Shown here in pieces: positions 50,742-60,607 of a stretch of 64,000 nt of DNA. Below the pieces are notes generated by a model. That model saw nothing but the letters and a program-made list of their open reading frames with translations. It did not search any database and was not told where the DNA came from. Made by a program: the position numbers and the translations under genes. The stretch's first letter is position 1. Each line of letters opens with the position of its first letter. This stretch comes from Bacillota bacterium. GTDB taxonomy: Bacteria; Bacillota; Sulfobacillia; JAJZYS01; JAJYTV01. The stretch covers positions 2,003 to 66,002 of the forward strand of contig JAJYSJ010000002.1 of assembly GCA_021793645.1 (NCBI GenBank). Direction: 5' to 3'.

Positions 50742-52172
50742 CTAGATGTCGAGGTACAGGTAGTACTCCATCGGCACCGGGCGCAGGTTCACCGGGTTGA
50801 TCTCTTCACGCCGCTTGTAATCGATCCAGGCGTGGATGAGATCCTCCGAGAACACCCCGCCCTCCGTGAGGAAGCCGTGATCCGCCTCAAGCTGGTTTAG
50901 TGACTCCGCGAGGCTCCCTGGCACCGCGCCGATCTTCGCGGCGTCCTCGGGTGCGAGGTGGTAGATGTTCTTGTCGAGCGGGCCGAAACCGAGCGCCGTC
51001 GGGTCCAGCTTGCGCTTCACACCGTCGAGGCCAGCCATCAGCATCGCGGCGAAGGCGAGGTACGGATTGCCGGTGGCGTCCGGCGTGCGGAACTCGATGC
51101 GCACGGACTTCGGGCTCTCCTGGGCGATCGGCACACGCACGGCCGCGGAACGGTTGCCCTTCGCGAAGACAAGGTTCACAGGCGCCTCGAACCCTGGCAC
51201 GAGCCGACGGTAGGAGTTTGTGGTCGCGTTCGTCAGCCCGACGAGCGCCGGAGCGTGGCTGAGGATGCCCGCGATGTAGTGCAGCGCCGTATCCGACAGG
51301 TTGCCATAGCCGCCCTTCTTGTAGAAGAGGGGCTCGCCGCCGCGGAAGATCGACTGATGCGTGTGCATACCGGAGCCGTTGTCGCCGTAGAGCGGCTTCG
51401 GCATGAAGGTCGCGATCTTGCCTGCCTGGCGGGCGATGTTCCTGACGATGTACTTGTAGAGCAGCACGTGGTCGGCGGTGCGGGTCAGACGGTCGAAGCG
51501 GAACCCAATCTCGCCCTGTCCCGCCGTCGCCACCTCGTGGTGGTGACGCTCCACCTGCATGCCGCAGGCGATCATCGTCCGCACCATCTCGCCGCGCAGG
51601 TCGGAGAGCTGGTCGTGCGGCGACACAGGCGCGTACCCGGACTTCGGCCGAATGCGGTACTGCAGATTCGGGCCGCCGATGTCGCCGGTGCCCCACGCGG
51701 ATTCGTCCGACGCGATCGCAAAGAACGATTCCTCCGGGTTCACCTGGTAGCGCACGTCGTCAAAGACGAAGAACTCGAGCTCCGGACCGAAGTACGCGAC
51801 GTCGCCGACCCCGGAGCTCTGCAGGTACTGCTCGGCCTGCTGCGCGATGTGGCGCGGGTCGCGATCGAAGCGGCGCATGCCGGGCTCGTAGACGTCGCAG
51901 GTGATCGAGAGGGTGCGGCGCGCGTGGAAGGGATCGAGGAATGCGGACTCCGGGTCGGGGAGCATGATCATGTCGCTCTCCTCGATTTCCCGGAAGCCGC
52001 GCAGCGAACTCCCGTCGAAGGGGATGCCTTCGGTGAAGGCCTCCGGCCCGATCTCGCTGGCTGGAAGGGTGATGTGGTGCCAGGTGCCGGGGAGGTCAAT
52101 GAGCTTCAGATCGACGAACTCAACCTCACCGCTCTGAAGCATTGCCAGGATCTCGTCCCTAGTCAACGTCAT
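50742..52172 (-). CDS. glnA: Glutamine synthetase type I
   Basis: 476 aa GSI with conserved GS signatures. Overlaps the glnR stop. Confidence 0.95.
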   Translation of the reverse strand: MTLTRDEILAMLQSGEVEFVDLKLIDLPGTWHHITLPASEIGPEAFTEGIPFDGSSLRGFREIEESDMIMLPDPESAFLDPFHARRTLSITCDVYEPGMRRFDRDPRHIAQQAEQYLQSSGVGDVAYFGPELEFFVFDDVRYQVNPEESFFAIASDESAWGTGDIGGPNLQYRIRPKSGYAPVSPHDQLSDLRGEMVRTMIACGMQVERHHHEVATAGQGEIGFRFDRLTRTADHVLLYKYIVRNIARQAGKIATFMPKPLYGDNGSGMHTHQSIFRGGEPLFYKKGGYGNLSDTALHYIAGILSHAPALVGLTNATTNSYRRLVPGFEAPVNLVFAKGNRSAAVRVPIAQESPKSVRIEFRTPDATGNPYLAFAAMLMAGLDGVKRKLDPTALGFGPLDKNIYHLAPEDAAKIGAVPGSLAESLNQLEADHGFLTEGGVFSEDLIHAWIDYKRREEINPVNLRPVPMEYYLYLDI

Positions 52173-52518
52173 CCTCCTCTTCGTGCTCCGAGATCATGCG
52201 CTCTAGCTCCGCACGGTTCGACACGGGATAGAGCGAGCGCAGCGCCTGGCCGGAAAGCAGCCGGCTGCGCACGTCGGACTCCGGGGGCAAGGTGCGCTGC
52301 TGCCCGAGCGCGCGTCGCACCGTTTGCAGCGTCTGCCCCGCGTCGAGCATGCGACGGATCTGCTGCAGTCTCGCCACTTCCGGCGGACCGTAGAGACGCT
52401 GGCGGCCCGGCGTGCGACGCGGCGTGATCAGCCCCTGGCTTTCGTAGTAGCGGATTTGCCGCTCCGTCAGCCCGGTAAGGGCACTCACAGGGCCGATGCC
52501 CAAGAGGCTCTCTGCCAT
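52159..52518 (-). CDS. glnR: MerR-family glutamine-synthetase repressor GlnR
   Basis: MAESLLGIGPVSALTGLTERQIRYYESQGLITPRRTPGRQRLYG is a MerR-type HTH. Immediately upstream of glnA, overlapping it by 14 nt. Confidence 0.85.
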   Translation of the reverse strand: MAESLLGIGPVSALTGLTERQIRYYESQGLITPRRTPGRQRLYGPPEVARLQQIRRMLDAGQTLQTVRRALGQQRTLPPESDVRSRLLSGQALRSLYPVSNRAELERMISEHEEEDDVD

Positions 52519-52543
52519 ACGCTCGCTCTCCCTTCTGTCAGGT

Positions 52544-52595
52544 ATACTAGTTTGCGCGGCATGAGATGGTCAATGTTTTGTCAGGTTTCTGCGCA
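52544..52595 (-). promoter_or_regulatory. Candidate glnRA promoter (TTGACC-N18-TAGTAT) with imperfect GlnR/TnrA-like boxes
   Basis: Minus strand: TGCGCAGAAACCTGACA and TGACAAAACATTGACCA (partial matches to TGTNA-N7-TNACA) upstream of and overlapping the -35 TTGACC. -10 TAGTAT lies 25 nt before the ATG, with AAGGGAGAG as RBS. Confidence 0.4.
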
Positions 52596-52671
52596 AACTT
52601 AACTTTTCTCCTGGTCAGATATGCCAAACGGCCGCCGAACTCACGTCCGGCGGCCGTTTGGCAGGTTCCTG

Positions 52672-53325
52672 CTAGCGGTTCAGGTCCTTGCGCTCCCCCG
52701 ACACCATATAGATGACAGCCTCGCCGAGGTTCGTGGCGTGGTCCGCCACGCGCTCGAGGTGCTGGGCGACGAAGAGGAGGTGCGTCGCCTGGTGGATCGT
52801 CCTTGGGTCCTCCATCATGTAGACAAGCAGTTCGCGCAGCACCTGGCTGTACAGGTGGTCGACCTGGTCGTCCGTGCGCAAAAGTTCGTGCGCCGCCTCG
52901 GGATCGCGCCGCACATAGGCACGCAAGGCATCGCGCGTCATGCGCTGCGCGAGGTCCGCCATCCGCGGCACGTCGATCAGCGGCTTCATCAGCGGCTCCC
53001 CTGCGATGCGCAGGGTCACCTTCGCGATGTCGACCGCGTGGTCCCCAATCCGTTCCAGATCCCCGACAATCTTGATCGCCGTACCGACGATGCGCAGATC
53101 GGTCGCCATCGGCTGCTGTAGCGCGATGATCTCGAGGCAGCGCGTTTCGATGTCCACTTGCATCGCGTCCACATCATCGTCGCCGTCGATAATCTCCTGC
53201 GCGACATGCACGTCGCCTGCCTCCAGCGACCGCACCGACTGCCCGATGCGCTCCTCGACGAGCGTGCCCATGCGCAGGATGTCCTGCTGCAGTTCCTCAA
53301 GCTCCTGGTGGAATGTGCTGCGCAC
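52672..53325 (-). CDS. phoU: Phosphate-transport regulator PhoU
   Basis: 217 aa, two PhoU repeats. Downstream of pstB. Confidence 0.9.
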   Translation of the reverse strand: MRSTFHQELEELQQDILRMGTLVEERIGQSVRSLEAGDVHVAQEIIDGDDDVDAMQVDIETRCLEIIALQQPMATDLRIVGTAIKIVGDLERIGDHAVDIAKVTLRIAGEPLMKPLIDVPRMADLAQRMTRDALRAYVRRDPEAAHELLRTDDQVDHLYSQVLRELLVYMMEDPRTIHQATHLLFVAQHLERVADHATNLGEAVIYMVSGERKDLNR

Positions 53326-53340
53326 GACTGCCCCCTCCCT

Positions 53341-54099
53341 CTAGCCGAACCGGCCCGTAATGTAGTCTTCCGTTCGCTGGTCGCGAGGCCGGGTGAAGAT
53401 GTCCCTCGTCGGCCCGAACTCGATCAGTTCGCCGCTCAAAAAAAAGGCGGTGTGATCAGATATGCGGCCAGCCTGCTGCATGTTGTGCGTCACGACGATT
53501 AGTGTATACCGCTCTTTCAACGAAACCGCCAATTCCTCGATCTTCGCTGTCGCGACCGGGTCGAGCGCCGATGCCGGCTCGTCCATCAAGAGGACCTCGG
53601 GCTCCACCGCCAGTGCTCGAGCGATGCATAGGCGCTGCTGCTGGCCTCCAGACAGTTCGAACGCGCTGCGCTGCAGCTTGTCGTGCACCTCGTCCCAGAG
53701 TGCCGCGGCGCGCAAGCTCTCTTCGACGATCTCGCGCAGTCTGCGTTCGCTGCGCTGTCCATGGATGCGGGGACCGTAGGCAACGTTCTGGTAGATCGAC
53801 ATCGGAAACGGATTCGGACGCTGGAAGACCATCCCGACACGGCGCCTAAGCGCCACGGGATCTTTGCCGCGCGCATAGATGTCCTCGCCGTCCAGCAGCA
53901 CGCTCCCCTGCACGCGTGCACCTGGGACATGGTCGTTCATGCGGTTGAGCGTACGCAGGAATGAGGACTTGCCGCAGCCGCTCGGACCGATGATGGCCGT
54001 GATCGAATTCTCCGGCACCCTCACGCTGATCTCCTTCAGCCCCTGCGAAGGGCCGTACCAGAGGCTCAGCTTCTCGGCTTCCATCTTCGCTGCGTTCAA
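53341..54099 (-). CDS. pstB: Phosphate ABC transporter ATP-binding protein
   Basis: Walker [16 protein letters not shown] signature LSGGQQQRL, Walker [12 protein letters not shown]; N-terminal extension typical of PstB. Confidence 0.93.
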   Translation of the reverse strand: MNAAKMEAEKLSLWYGPSQGLKEISVRVPENSITAIIGPSGCGKSSFLRTLNRMNDHVPGARVQGSVLLDGEDIYARGKDPVALRRRVGMVFQRPNPFPMSIYQNVAYGPRIHGQRSERRLREIVEESLRAAALWDEVHDKLQRSAFELSGGQQQRLCIARALAVEPEVLLMDEPASALDPVATAKIEELAVSLKERYTLIVVTHNMQQAGRISDHTAFFLSGELIEFGPTRDIFTRPRDQRTEDYITGRFG

Positions 54100-54860
54100 C
54101 GCATGAGACCCTCCTGTCGCCGTTCGAACAAGAGCTCGGCTGCGGCCGCCGCAAGCGCGGCCAGCGATAAAAGCAGCGCAACCGGCCAGAATGACTGCGC
54201 AGTCCCGATCCGTCCTTGCATCTCAAGATACCATAGGGCCGCGGCAAGCGTCGCGCCTGCCCGGAGCGCCCCCTCTCCGTGCGCTGCGAGCGGGCCAGCG
54301 AGGAGCGCGACGAGGCCTGCCTCGCCGAGTGCACGACCGGCGACCTGGAGCAGCGTCTGGCCGATTTCCTGCCGGGCCGCGGGAAAGACGGCCCGCGCAG
54401 CCTGCGACGCATCGGCCCCCAGCGCCAATGCGGCCTCGGCGATCTCCCGATGCCGCGCAAAGCCTTCAGCCACCTGCAGAACGGCGATTGGCAGGTTCAG
54501 CAGTGCGAGCCCCACGGCAGCGAGCCAGACTCCCGCCGGCAGGTGCATCAGGTCCGCCCAGGCGATCAGCACCGCTGCACCGACCGCCACGGACGGAACG
54601 GCGGCCGCCGCCTGCAGGAAGCTGCGCACAGCCCCCTCTTTGCGGCCGGCCCCGCCGAGCGCCAGTTCAGCGCCGGCCCGAAGGCCCAGCGTCGCGCTGA
54701 CGGATACCGCGAAGAGCGACGTGACGAGCGTCGCGAGCAGCGGTCCGAGATCCGGCGGCGTGCGCGGTATGCCGCCGGATGCCGCGGCGGCGCAGAGCCA
54801 GACAGCGGCGGTGAGCAGCACGAGTGCGCGGTAGCGGCCCTCACCGCTGCGCAGGCGCAT
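54096..54860 (-). CDS. pstA: Phosphate ABC transporter permease (PstA-like)
   Basis: Ala/Leu-rich polytopic protein in the pstA position. The start is uncertain. The track ORF overlaps pstC by 77 nt. Confidence 0.65.
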   Translation of the reverse strand: MRLRSGEGRYRALVLLTAAVWLCAAAASGGIPRTPPDLGPLLATLVTSLFAVSVSATLGLRAGAELALGGAGRKEGAVRSFLQAAAAVPSVAVGAAVLIAWADLMHLPAGVWLAAVGLALLNLPIAVLQVAEGFARHREIAEAALALGADASQAARAVFPAARQEIGQTLLQVAGRALGEAGLVALLAGPLAAHGEGALRAGATLAAALWYLEMQGRIGTAQSFWPVALLLSLAALAAAAAELLFERRQEGLMR

Positions 54861-55608
54861 CTCGCACCCTCCCAAGCGCGCCGGCAGCCGCGCCCGCCAA
54901 CGCGAGCAGGAGCGCAATCGCGCCGAGGGCTGCCTGCCAGCGCCCGCCCGCAGGCGCCTGCGGCAGCTCTGCGAGGAGCGACGCCGAGAGTGCTCCGGAT
55001 GGAGCGAAGAGCCGCGGAAGCCCTCCCGCGTTGCCGATCAGCACGCTGAGGACGGCGGCCTCGCCGATGATCCGGGTCGCCGCAAGCCCGAAGAGCCGAA
55101 TGCGCACTCCGCGCAGGGCACCCCGCAGCGCCAGAAGGACGCCATCCGGCCCGGCTCCAAGGGCGACGGCTCCGTCGCGCGCCGCGCTTTGTGCCGACAG
55201 CGCACCGGCGATGCCCTGTGCGACGAGCGGCGTCTGCAAGAGCCCGAGGCCGATCGCTGCAAGCGCAGTCCCCTCGCCGAGGGAAACGCTGTGCAGGGCC
55301 GGCAGGAGGGCTGCGAGCATGCCTGCCGCCAGCGCCACCCCCGGCGTGCTCGCGAGGACGCGCAGTGTCCGTCCGCGGCGCCCGAAAGCGATCTGCACGC
55401 CTGCGCCCTCGCCAAGCCAGAGTGCAAGCGCACCGCCCAACCCCGCCACCAGCAGCGAGCCGAGCACGATGCCCGCGACGCCATAGGCGAAGGGCGGCGA
55501 CCACACGGGTCCGAGGGTGATCCGCCAGATCCCCTCGCCGCCCCAAACCGCGACGACAGCGAGGGGCAGGCCGGCAGCGAGGAGCGCGAGCCGCAGGCCG
55601 CGGCTCAC
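54841..55608 (-). CDS. pstC: Phosphate ABC transporter permease (PstC-like)
   Basis: Polytopic membrane protein between pstS and pstA. 4-nt overlap with pstS. Confidence 0.65.
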   Translation of the reverse strand: MSRGLRLALLAAGLPLAVVAVWGGEGIWRITLGPVWSPPFAYGVAGIVLGSLLVAGLGGALALWLGEGAGVQIAFGRRGRTLRVLASTPGVALAAGMLAALLPALHSVSLGEGTALAAIGLGLLQTPLVAQGIAGALSAQSAARDGAVALGAGPDGVLLALRGALRGVRIRLFGLAATRIIGEAAVLSVLIGNAGGLPRLFAPSGALSASLLAELPQAPAGGRWQAALGAIALLLALAGAAAGALGRVRDAPAQR

Positions 55609-56351
55609 TGCGGGGCTCCCCGCTGCGCCGCAAGCGCCTGGAGCACCCGTGCCGCGAGCTTCGCCCGCGCATTGCCCACGCGGTACAGGGCGTAGGCCGT
55701 GTAGCGCAGCGGGTAGCCTGCGTCCCCAGGCGCTTTGCCATCCACAGTGACCAGCAGCGAGCGCGGCGCGAACGACGCCTCGACGAAGCCGATGGCGCCC
55801 GGCAAGTGCGCAACGGTCGGCGCCACCTGTCCGCTCGCCAGCACCACGAGAGCGCCCTGGGGCAGGGGGCCGCCGGCGAAGCGCTCGAGCAGCGCCCGCA
55901 CACCCGAACCGGGCGCCCGCAGGACAAGCCGCAGCGGGACGCGCGGTCCCCCCAGCTCCTGCCAGTTGCGCAAATGTCCCTGGAGCATCTCCTGCAGCTG
56001 GCTCTGCGTCAGGTTGTGCGGCAGCCCCACTGCGGCGATCACGGAGATCGCCACTCCTCCCAGCGGGACGCGGGCGACGCCCGGCGCCTTGAGGGGCAGG
56101 TCAGAGAGCGCGAGGTCCGCTGCACCGCGCCGAACCGCGGAGAGCCCTTCGGAAGATCCCAGAGTGTCCACTTCGATGCGACCGCCTAGGGCAACCGCGA
56201 GGGGCGCCTTCGCCGCCTCCGCCAGCGGCGCGAGCGAGGTTGACCCAGCGATGACGAGTGCGGGAGACGGCAGCAGCGGGGTGAGGGCAAGCGCGAGCAG
56301 CACGGCGATCAGCACCCCCAGCCAGACGCGCAGGAATCGATCCATCGGCAA
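55605..56351 (-). CDS. pstS: Phosphate-binding protein (PstS-like, membrane-anchored)
   Basis: N-terminal TM anchor, then ...VIAGSTSLAPL...GSSEGL... PBP-like motifs. 248 aa, shorter than typical PstS. Confidence 0.7.
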   Translation of the reverse strand: MPMDRFLRVWLGVLIAVLLALALTPLLPSPALVIAGSTSLAPLAEAAKAPLAVALGGRIEVDTLGSSEGLSAVRRGAADLALSDLPLKAPGVARVPLGGVAISVIAAVGLPHNLTQSQLQEMLQGHLRNWQELGGPRVPLRLVLRAPGSGVRALLERFAGGPLPQGALVVLASGQVAPTVAHLPGAIGFVEASFAPRSLLVTVDGKAPGDAGYPLRYTAYALYRVGNARAKLAARVLQALAAQRGAPQ

Positions 56352-56369
56352 ACAGCACCCATAGGCTCG

Positions 56370-57716
56370 CTATGCCGGTTTGGGACCCGCCATGTCCGAA
56401 AACGCGAGCGTGAACGTGCTGCCCTTGCCAAGCGTGCTCTCGACGTTCAGTTCTGCGCCGATCGAGAGTGCGAGGTGCCGCGCGATCGAGAGTCCGAGAC
56501 CCGAACCGCCGGTCGCGCGCTGCCTTGAGCGGTCAACCCGGTAGAAGCGCTCGAAGATGCGTGGCAGGTCTTCTTCGGGGATGCCCGGCCCGTCGTCAGA
56601 GACGCGCAGCCAGACCTTGCCGTCTTCGCGGCCGGTCTCGACGCGGATGTGGCCGTCATCCTGCGTGTACTTGACGGCGTTGTCGATGAGGGAGATGACG
56701 ATGCCCTCGATGCGGTCCCGGTCGCTCCGGACGCTCAGCTCCTCCCCAAGGACATCCACCTGAATACCGCGGGCCTGCGCTGACTCGCCATAGCGCTCCG
56801 CGACGGCACGCGCCACCTCGCCCAGCGGAACCTGCGCGCGCGCCGGCCGCTCCCGGCCGCTCTCCAGGGCGGCAAGCCGCAGCAAGTCGTCGACAAGCAG
56901 CGTCAGCCGCTTCGTCTCGTCGTTGATGTGACGCAGAAAGCGCTCCCTGCGCTGCTCGTCCACGCCGCCCCCGAGCAGCGTCTCGGCAAACCCTCCGATC
57001 ACGGTGAGCGGTGTGCGCAGTTCGTGCGAGACGTTGGCGACGAACTGGCTGCGCACCTCCAGAAGGCGCCGTTCCTCCGTCACGTCGGTGGCGACGAGCA
57101 GCACGCCGCCCGCACCGCGGACTGGCGCAAGGTCGATCTGCAGGACCCTGCCGTCCTCGCGGCGCTCGATCTGCAGCACCTCGCCCTGCTCCACTCTGTC
57201 CAACGCCGACTCCAGGGCGTACGCGTGCGTGATCGCCAGGTGGTAGGTCTCCACGACCTCTGGCGCCCAGACGCCGAAGATGCGCTCGGCGGCGGGATTC
57301 ACGACCTGGACGCGGCGCCTGCGGTCGAGCAGCACCACACCGCTCTGCAGGTTCTCGATGATCGCCTGAAACCGTGCGCGGTCCAGTTGCAGGGCCGAAA
57401 GCGTGTCGGACAGACGGGTCAGTTCCTGATTGAACCGCCCTGCGACGCCGCTGCGATCCTCTTGGGCAAGGTAGAGGCGCTCGGGGCGCTCTCCACGGGC
57501 GAGCGCCCCGAGCGCCCGGGTGGCCGCCTCCAGGTCGTCGCGCACGCGCGCCTGCAATCGCTGCGTCAGGGCCGCCCCGGCGATCCCGCCCGCGAGGGCC
57601 CCCAGGATGCCGAAGACCACGCCGTCCTGCGCTCCGCGCAGCAACCATCCCGCGGCGCCCAAAAGAACAAGGCCGATCGCCGCGCCAGACAGCGAACCGA
57701 GCTGACGTGCGCTCAT
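56370..57716 (-). CDS. phoR: Phosphate-regulon sensor histidine kinase
   Basis: N-terminal TM segments, PAS region, H-box HELRTPLT, HATPase N/G boxes. Adjacent to phoP and pst. Confidence 0.85.
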   Translation of the reverse strand: MSARQLGSLSGAAIGLVLLGAAGWLLRGAQDGVVFGILGALAGGIAGAALTQRLQARVRDDLEAATRALGALARGERPERLYLAQEDRSGVAGRFNQELTRLSDTLSALQLDRARFQAIIENLQSGVVLLDRRRRVQVVNPAAERIFGVWAPEVVETYHLAITHAYALESALDRVEQGEVLQIERREDGRVLQIDLAPVRGAGGVLLVATDVTEERRLLEVRSQFVANVSHELRTPLTVIGGFAETLLGGGVDEQRRERFLRHINDETKRLTLLVDDLLRLAALESGRERPARAQVPLGEVARAVAERYGESAQARGIQVDVLGEELSVRSDRDRIEGIVISLIDNAVKYTQDDGHIRVETGREDGKVWLRVSDDGPGIPEEDLPRIFERFYRVDRSRQRATGGSGLGLSIARHLALSIGAELNVESTLGKGSTFTLAFSDMAGPKPA

Positions 57717-58432
57717 GCCGGTGCGAAGCGGTAGCCGACGCCGCGCACGGTCTCTACGAGCCGCGGCTGCGAGGGTTCCGCCTCGACCTTCTCGCGCAGG
57801 TGACGCACATGGACATCGACGGTCCGCGCGTCTCCGTAAAAGTCGTAGCCCCAGACCTTCTCCAGCAGCAGTTCCCGCGTCAGGACTTGTCCAGGCCGCT
57901 CCATCAGCGTGCGCAAAAGACCGAACTCCGTCAGCGTGAGCGCCACTTCCCGTTCATCGACGTAGCACCGGTGCGCGGCGAGGTCCAGTGTCACGCCGTT
58001 TGCCGACAGGCGGTCCACCGGGGGTTCCGTACGTCGCAGCACCGCCTTCACCCGCGCCACCAGTTCGCGCGGCGAGAAGGGCTTGCCCATGTAGTCATCC
58101 GCCCCGAGCTCCAGGCCCCGCACGCGGTCCGCCTCTTCGGTACGGGCCGTCAGCATGATCACGGGAACACGGCTTTGGCGCCGAATCTCCCGCAGAACCG
58201 CGACTCCGTCCATCTTCGGCAGCATCAGATCCAGCACCACGAGCTGGATCTCCTCGCTGCGAGCGAGCGCGATGCCCTCCTCGCCGTCCGATGCCTGGAG
58301 CACCGTGAACTCGGCGGCCTCAAGGTGGAATGCCACGAGCTCCCGAATCGCGTCCTCGTCCTCGACCACAAGCACACGGTCGCGGCGCAAGGCAACAGCC
58401 TCCTGTCGTCGAGCGTACGCAGTCATCATCAA
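57713..58432 (-). CDS. phoP: OmpR-family response regulator
   Basis: Receiver RVLVVEDEDAIRELV...LVVLDLMLPKMDG plus a winged-helix C-terminal domain. 4-nt overlap with phoR. Confidence 0.9.
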   Translation of the reverse strand: MMMTAYARRQEAVALRRDRVLVVEDEDAIRELVAFHLEAAEFTVLQASDGEEGIALARSEEIQLVVLDLMLPKMDGVAVLREIRRQSRVPVIMLTARTEEADRVRGLELGADDYMGKPFSPRELVARVKAVLRRTEPPVDRLSANGVTLDLAAHRCYVDEREVALTLTEFGLLRTLMERPGQVLTRELLLEKVWGYDFYGDARTVDVHVRHLREKVEAEPSQPRLVETVRGVGYRFAPA

Positions 58433-58474
58433 GAACCGGGATTAAATCTCTGTTATGGACTCATGAAGCTCGCC

Positions 58475-59353
58475 CTAAGGCGTTCCGATCAGGCGGTGCA
58501 TTTCCTCGGGCGACGGCAGTTCGATCCTCTTCGCCGTGATATTCGCGGCCAGCACGTTGAGCGCCGTCATCTGTTCGACCATGTGGCGCACGTCGTCCCG
58601 CGCGCGCTGCAGCACCGTGGGAATGTGCTGGCCGAAGAGCACCGTGACGTCGAGGTGCAGCACCAGCCCGTCTGACCAGGTCTCCATCGTTACCCGGCGC
58701 ACGCGCGCGATGCCAGGTGCCTCCTGCGCTGCCCGCGCGGCGATCGACGAAACACAGGTGTCATCGATCGTGAAACGCCCGAGGTAGCTCCAGGTTGGGC
58801 GCACGACCGACTTCTCGATCACCATTTCCCGCCGCTCCTTGCTGCGCAGAATAAAGCGCAGCGGGTCGACGAGGTAGCCGGAGAACGTCCGCTTGACCTC
58901 AACGGTCGGGGCGGGGATGACGTGCTTTCCCTGTTCGCGCCGCACGCGCTGGGCATGCCGGATCTCCTCCGGGCTGGCTATGTCCTCGATGTGCATGACG
59001 CGTGCGGGCGAGGGCAGGGCGAGGACACCGCAGATCCTCTGCACCATGCCGAGCGAGGTGCCCAGCACAAGCACGCGCTCAGGCTGCACTTCCTGCAGGC
59101 GGCGCCGCATCCGCTCGGCATCGGCCGGATGTGCGAAGATCGCCCGTCGCACCGCTTCGAGTTTCGAGGGGGCGCGCTTCGCAGACTCGCCCGCGAGGAT
59201 CTTGCCCTCGCGCACCAGGAGACCGTCGTCGATCACCGCATCGGTGCCGAGTTCCACGGCAACGAGCGAAGCGCGGTGGCTCTTGCCGGAACCGCTCGGC
59301 CCGACGAAGGCGATGACCTCCACGCACGATCCCCCCTGCCCGCATGATACCAC
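58475..59353 (-). CDS. Fusion protein: N-terminal P-loop NTPase domain plus C-terminal Asp23/Gls24 (DUF322) domain
   Basis: Walker A FVGPSGSGKS at residues 16-25. The C-terminal ~110 aa (GRFTIDDTCVSSIAARAAQEAPGIARV...LHLDVTVLFGQHIPTVLQRARDDVRHMVEQMTALNVLAANI) fits the Asp23 family pattern. Confidence 0.55.
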   Translation of the reverse strand: MVSCGQGGSCVEVIAFVGPSGSGKSHRASLVAVELGTDAVIDDGLLVREGKILAGESAKRAPSKLEAVRRAIFAHPADAERMRRRLQEVQPERVLVLGTSLGMVQRICGVLALPSPARVMHIEDIASPEEIRHAQRVRREQGKHVIPAPTVEVKRTFSGYLVDPLRFILRSKERREMVIEKSVVRPTWSYLGRFTIDDTCVSSIAARAAQEAPGIARVRRVTMETWSDGLVLHLDVTVLFGQHIPTVLQRARDDVRHMVEQMTALNVLAANITAKRIELPSPEEMHRLIGTP

Positions 59354-59719
59354 TCAGCCGGGCGGTGCGAGGTCAGGGCGCAGGGAGAGCGTCTCTCCAA
59401 GATAGACGGGCCGCAGCTTCTGCCGTTCGGGGCGCTCGATCTCCACGAGGATCCTGATCATGCGATCGGGAGTTCCCGGGACCGGCGTCTCCACCGCACC
59501 GAGAAGCGGCACGTCAGTCCAGCCAAGCCGACGAGCAGCGTAGGCTGGAAACGCAGCGTCCAGGTCCGGCGTCATGGTGAAGAACGCGGCCACAACCTCG
59601 TCCTTCTCGATGCCGTTGAGCGAGATCAGCGCGCGGAGCAGTTCCTCGGTCGCATCCCAAATCGCATCCTGCGTGTTCTCCTGGGCAACGGTCGCCCCGC
59701 GCACCGCACTAACCGCCAT
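59354..59719 (-). CDS. aroH: Chorismate mutase, AroH type
   Basis: MAVSAVRGATVAQENTQDAIWDATEELL...FFTMTPDLDAAFPAYAARRLGW...VYLGETLSLRPDL parallels B. subtilis AroH. ATG at 59719; overlaps the tyrA end. Confidence 0.8.
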   Translation of the reverse strand: MAVSAVRGATVAQENTQDAIWDATEELLRALISLNGIEKDEVVAAFFTMTPDLDAAFPAYAARRLGWTDVPLLGAVETPVPGTPDRMIRILVEIERPERQKLRPVYLGETLSLRPDLAPPG

Positions 59720-60512
59720 GTATGCGCCCGTCCTCCCGCAGTCTTCGCGCGGTCTCCCGTGCCAGCGCAAGTTGCTCCACGTCTCCCGCCGCCGCATGCC
59801 GCAGCGCCGTTTCTGCTTCCGATACCGCCTGCATGAGCGCGGCCCTGTTCATCTCGAGGATCTCCGACCATAGAGCGGGCGGACTCGTCGCGACCCGCAG
59901 CATCTCGCGCGCCGCCGGCCCAAGCAGGTCCGCGGGCGTCTCCTTGAGGATCTCCGCGAGGGCGCAGCTCCACGCGTAGACGAGGTGCGAGGAACGGGCC
60001 ACCTGGCGGTCATGCTCCACCGCATCGACCCAGAACGGGCGCGCGCCGACGGCGAGGGCCAGTTCCTCGGCGGCCGCTTGCGGCCCGCCTCCCGGACACA
60101 GAGCGAACCCGCTCTCCGAGAAGAGTCCCCGCCGCGCCGCCTGGGGCCCGCCCCCTTCACTGCCCGCGAGCGGATGGCCGCCGACGAAGGGCAGCCCCCT
60201 TGCTCTGGCACGCCCTACGATCTCGGCCTTCACGGAGCCGGTGTCTAAGATGAGCGCTGCCCGGGCCTTTGAGCCCAGCAGTGCGAGGTTGGCCTTGGGG
60301 GGCGCCGCGAGCACAACGGCGTCGAACGTTCCCACCGGTGCGCCAAGGGGCTCGTCGAGCGCACCCTGGGCCGCCGCAAGCGCAACATGCTGCGCCTGCG
60401 CATCGTACCCGGATACCCGATAGCCCGCAGCCCGCAGGTCGAGCGCGAGCGATGTGCCGATCAGCCCCAGCCCGAACACGGCAATATGCTTGCCTTCGCG
60501 CCTGCTGCGCAC
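59709..60512 (-). CDS. tyrA: Prephenate/arogenate dehydrogenase
   Basis: HIAVFGLGLIGTSLALDLRAAGYRVSGYD NAD-binding motif; 267 aa. Confidence 0.8.
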   Translation of the reverse strand: MRSRREGKHIAVFGLGLIGTSLALDLRAAGYRVSGYDAQAQHVALAAAQGALDEPLGAPVGTFDAVVLAAPPKANLALLGSKARAALILDTGSVKAEIVGRARARGLPFVGGHPLAGSEGGGPQAARRGLFSESGFALCPGGGPQAAAEELALAVGARPFWVDAVEHDRQVARSSHLVYAWSCALAEILKETPADLLGPAAREMLRVATSPPALWSEILEMNRAALMQAVSEAETALRHAAAGDVEQLALARETARRLREDGRIHGG

Positions 60513-60607
60513 AGTGATGCCCCCTTAACCTGCGCCGCCCCCGCCGGCGGCGGAGGCGGCGCGCATCGTGCGCTCCATGCTACGCGGGGATTGAAGGCCG
60601 GTCAAGC

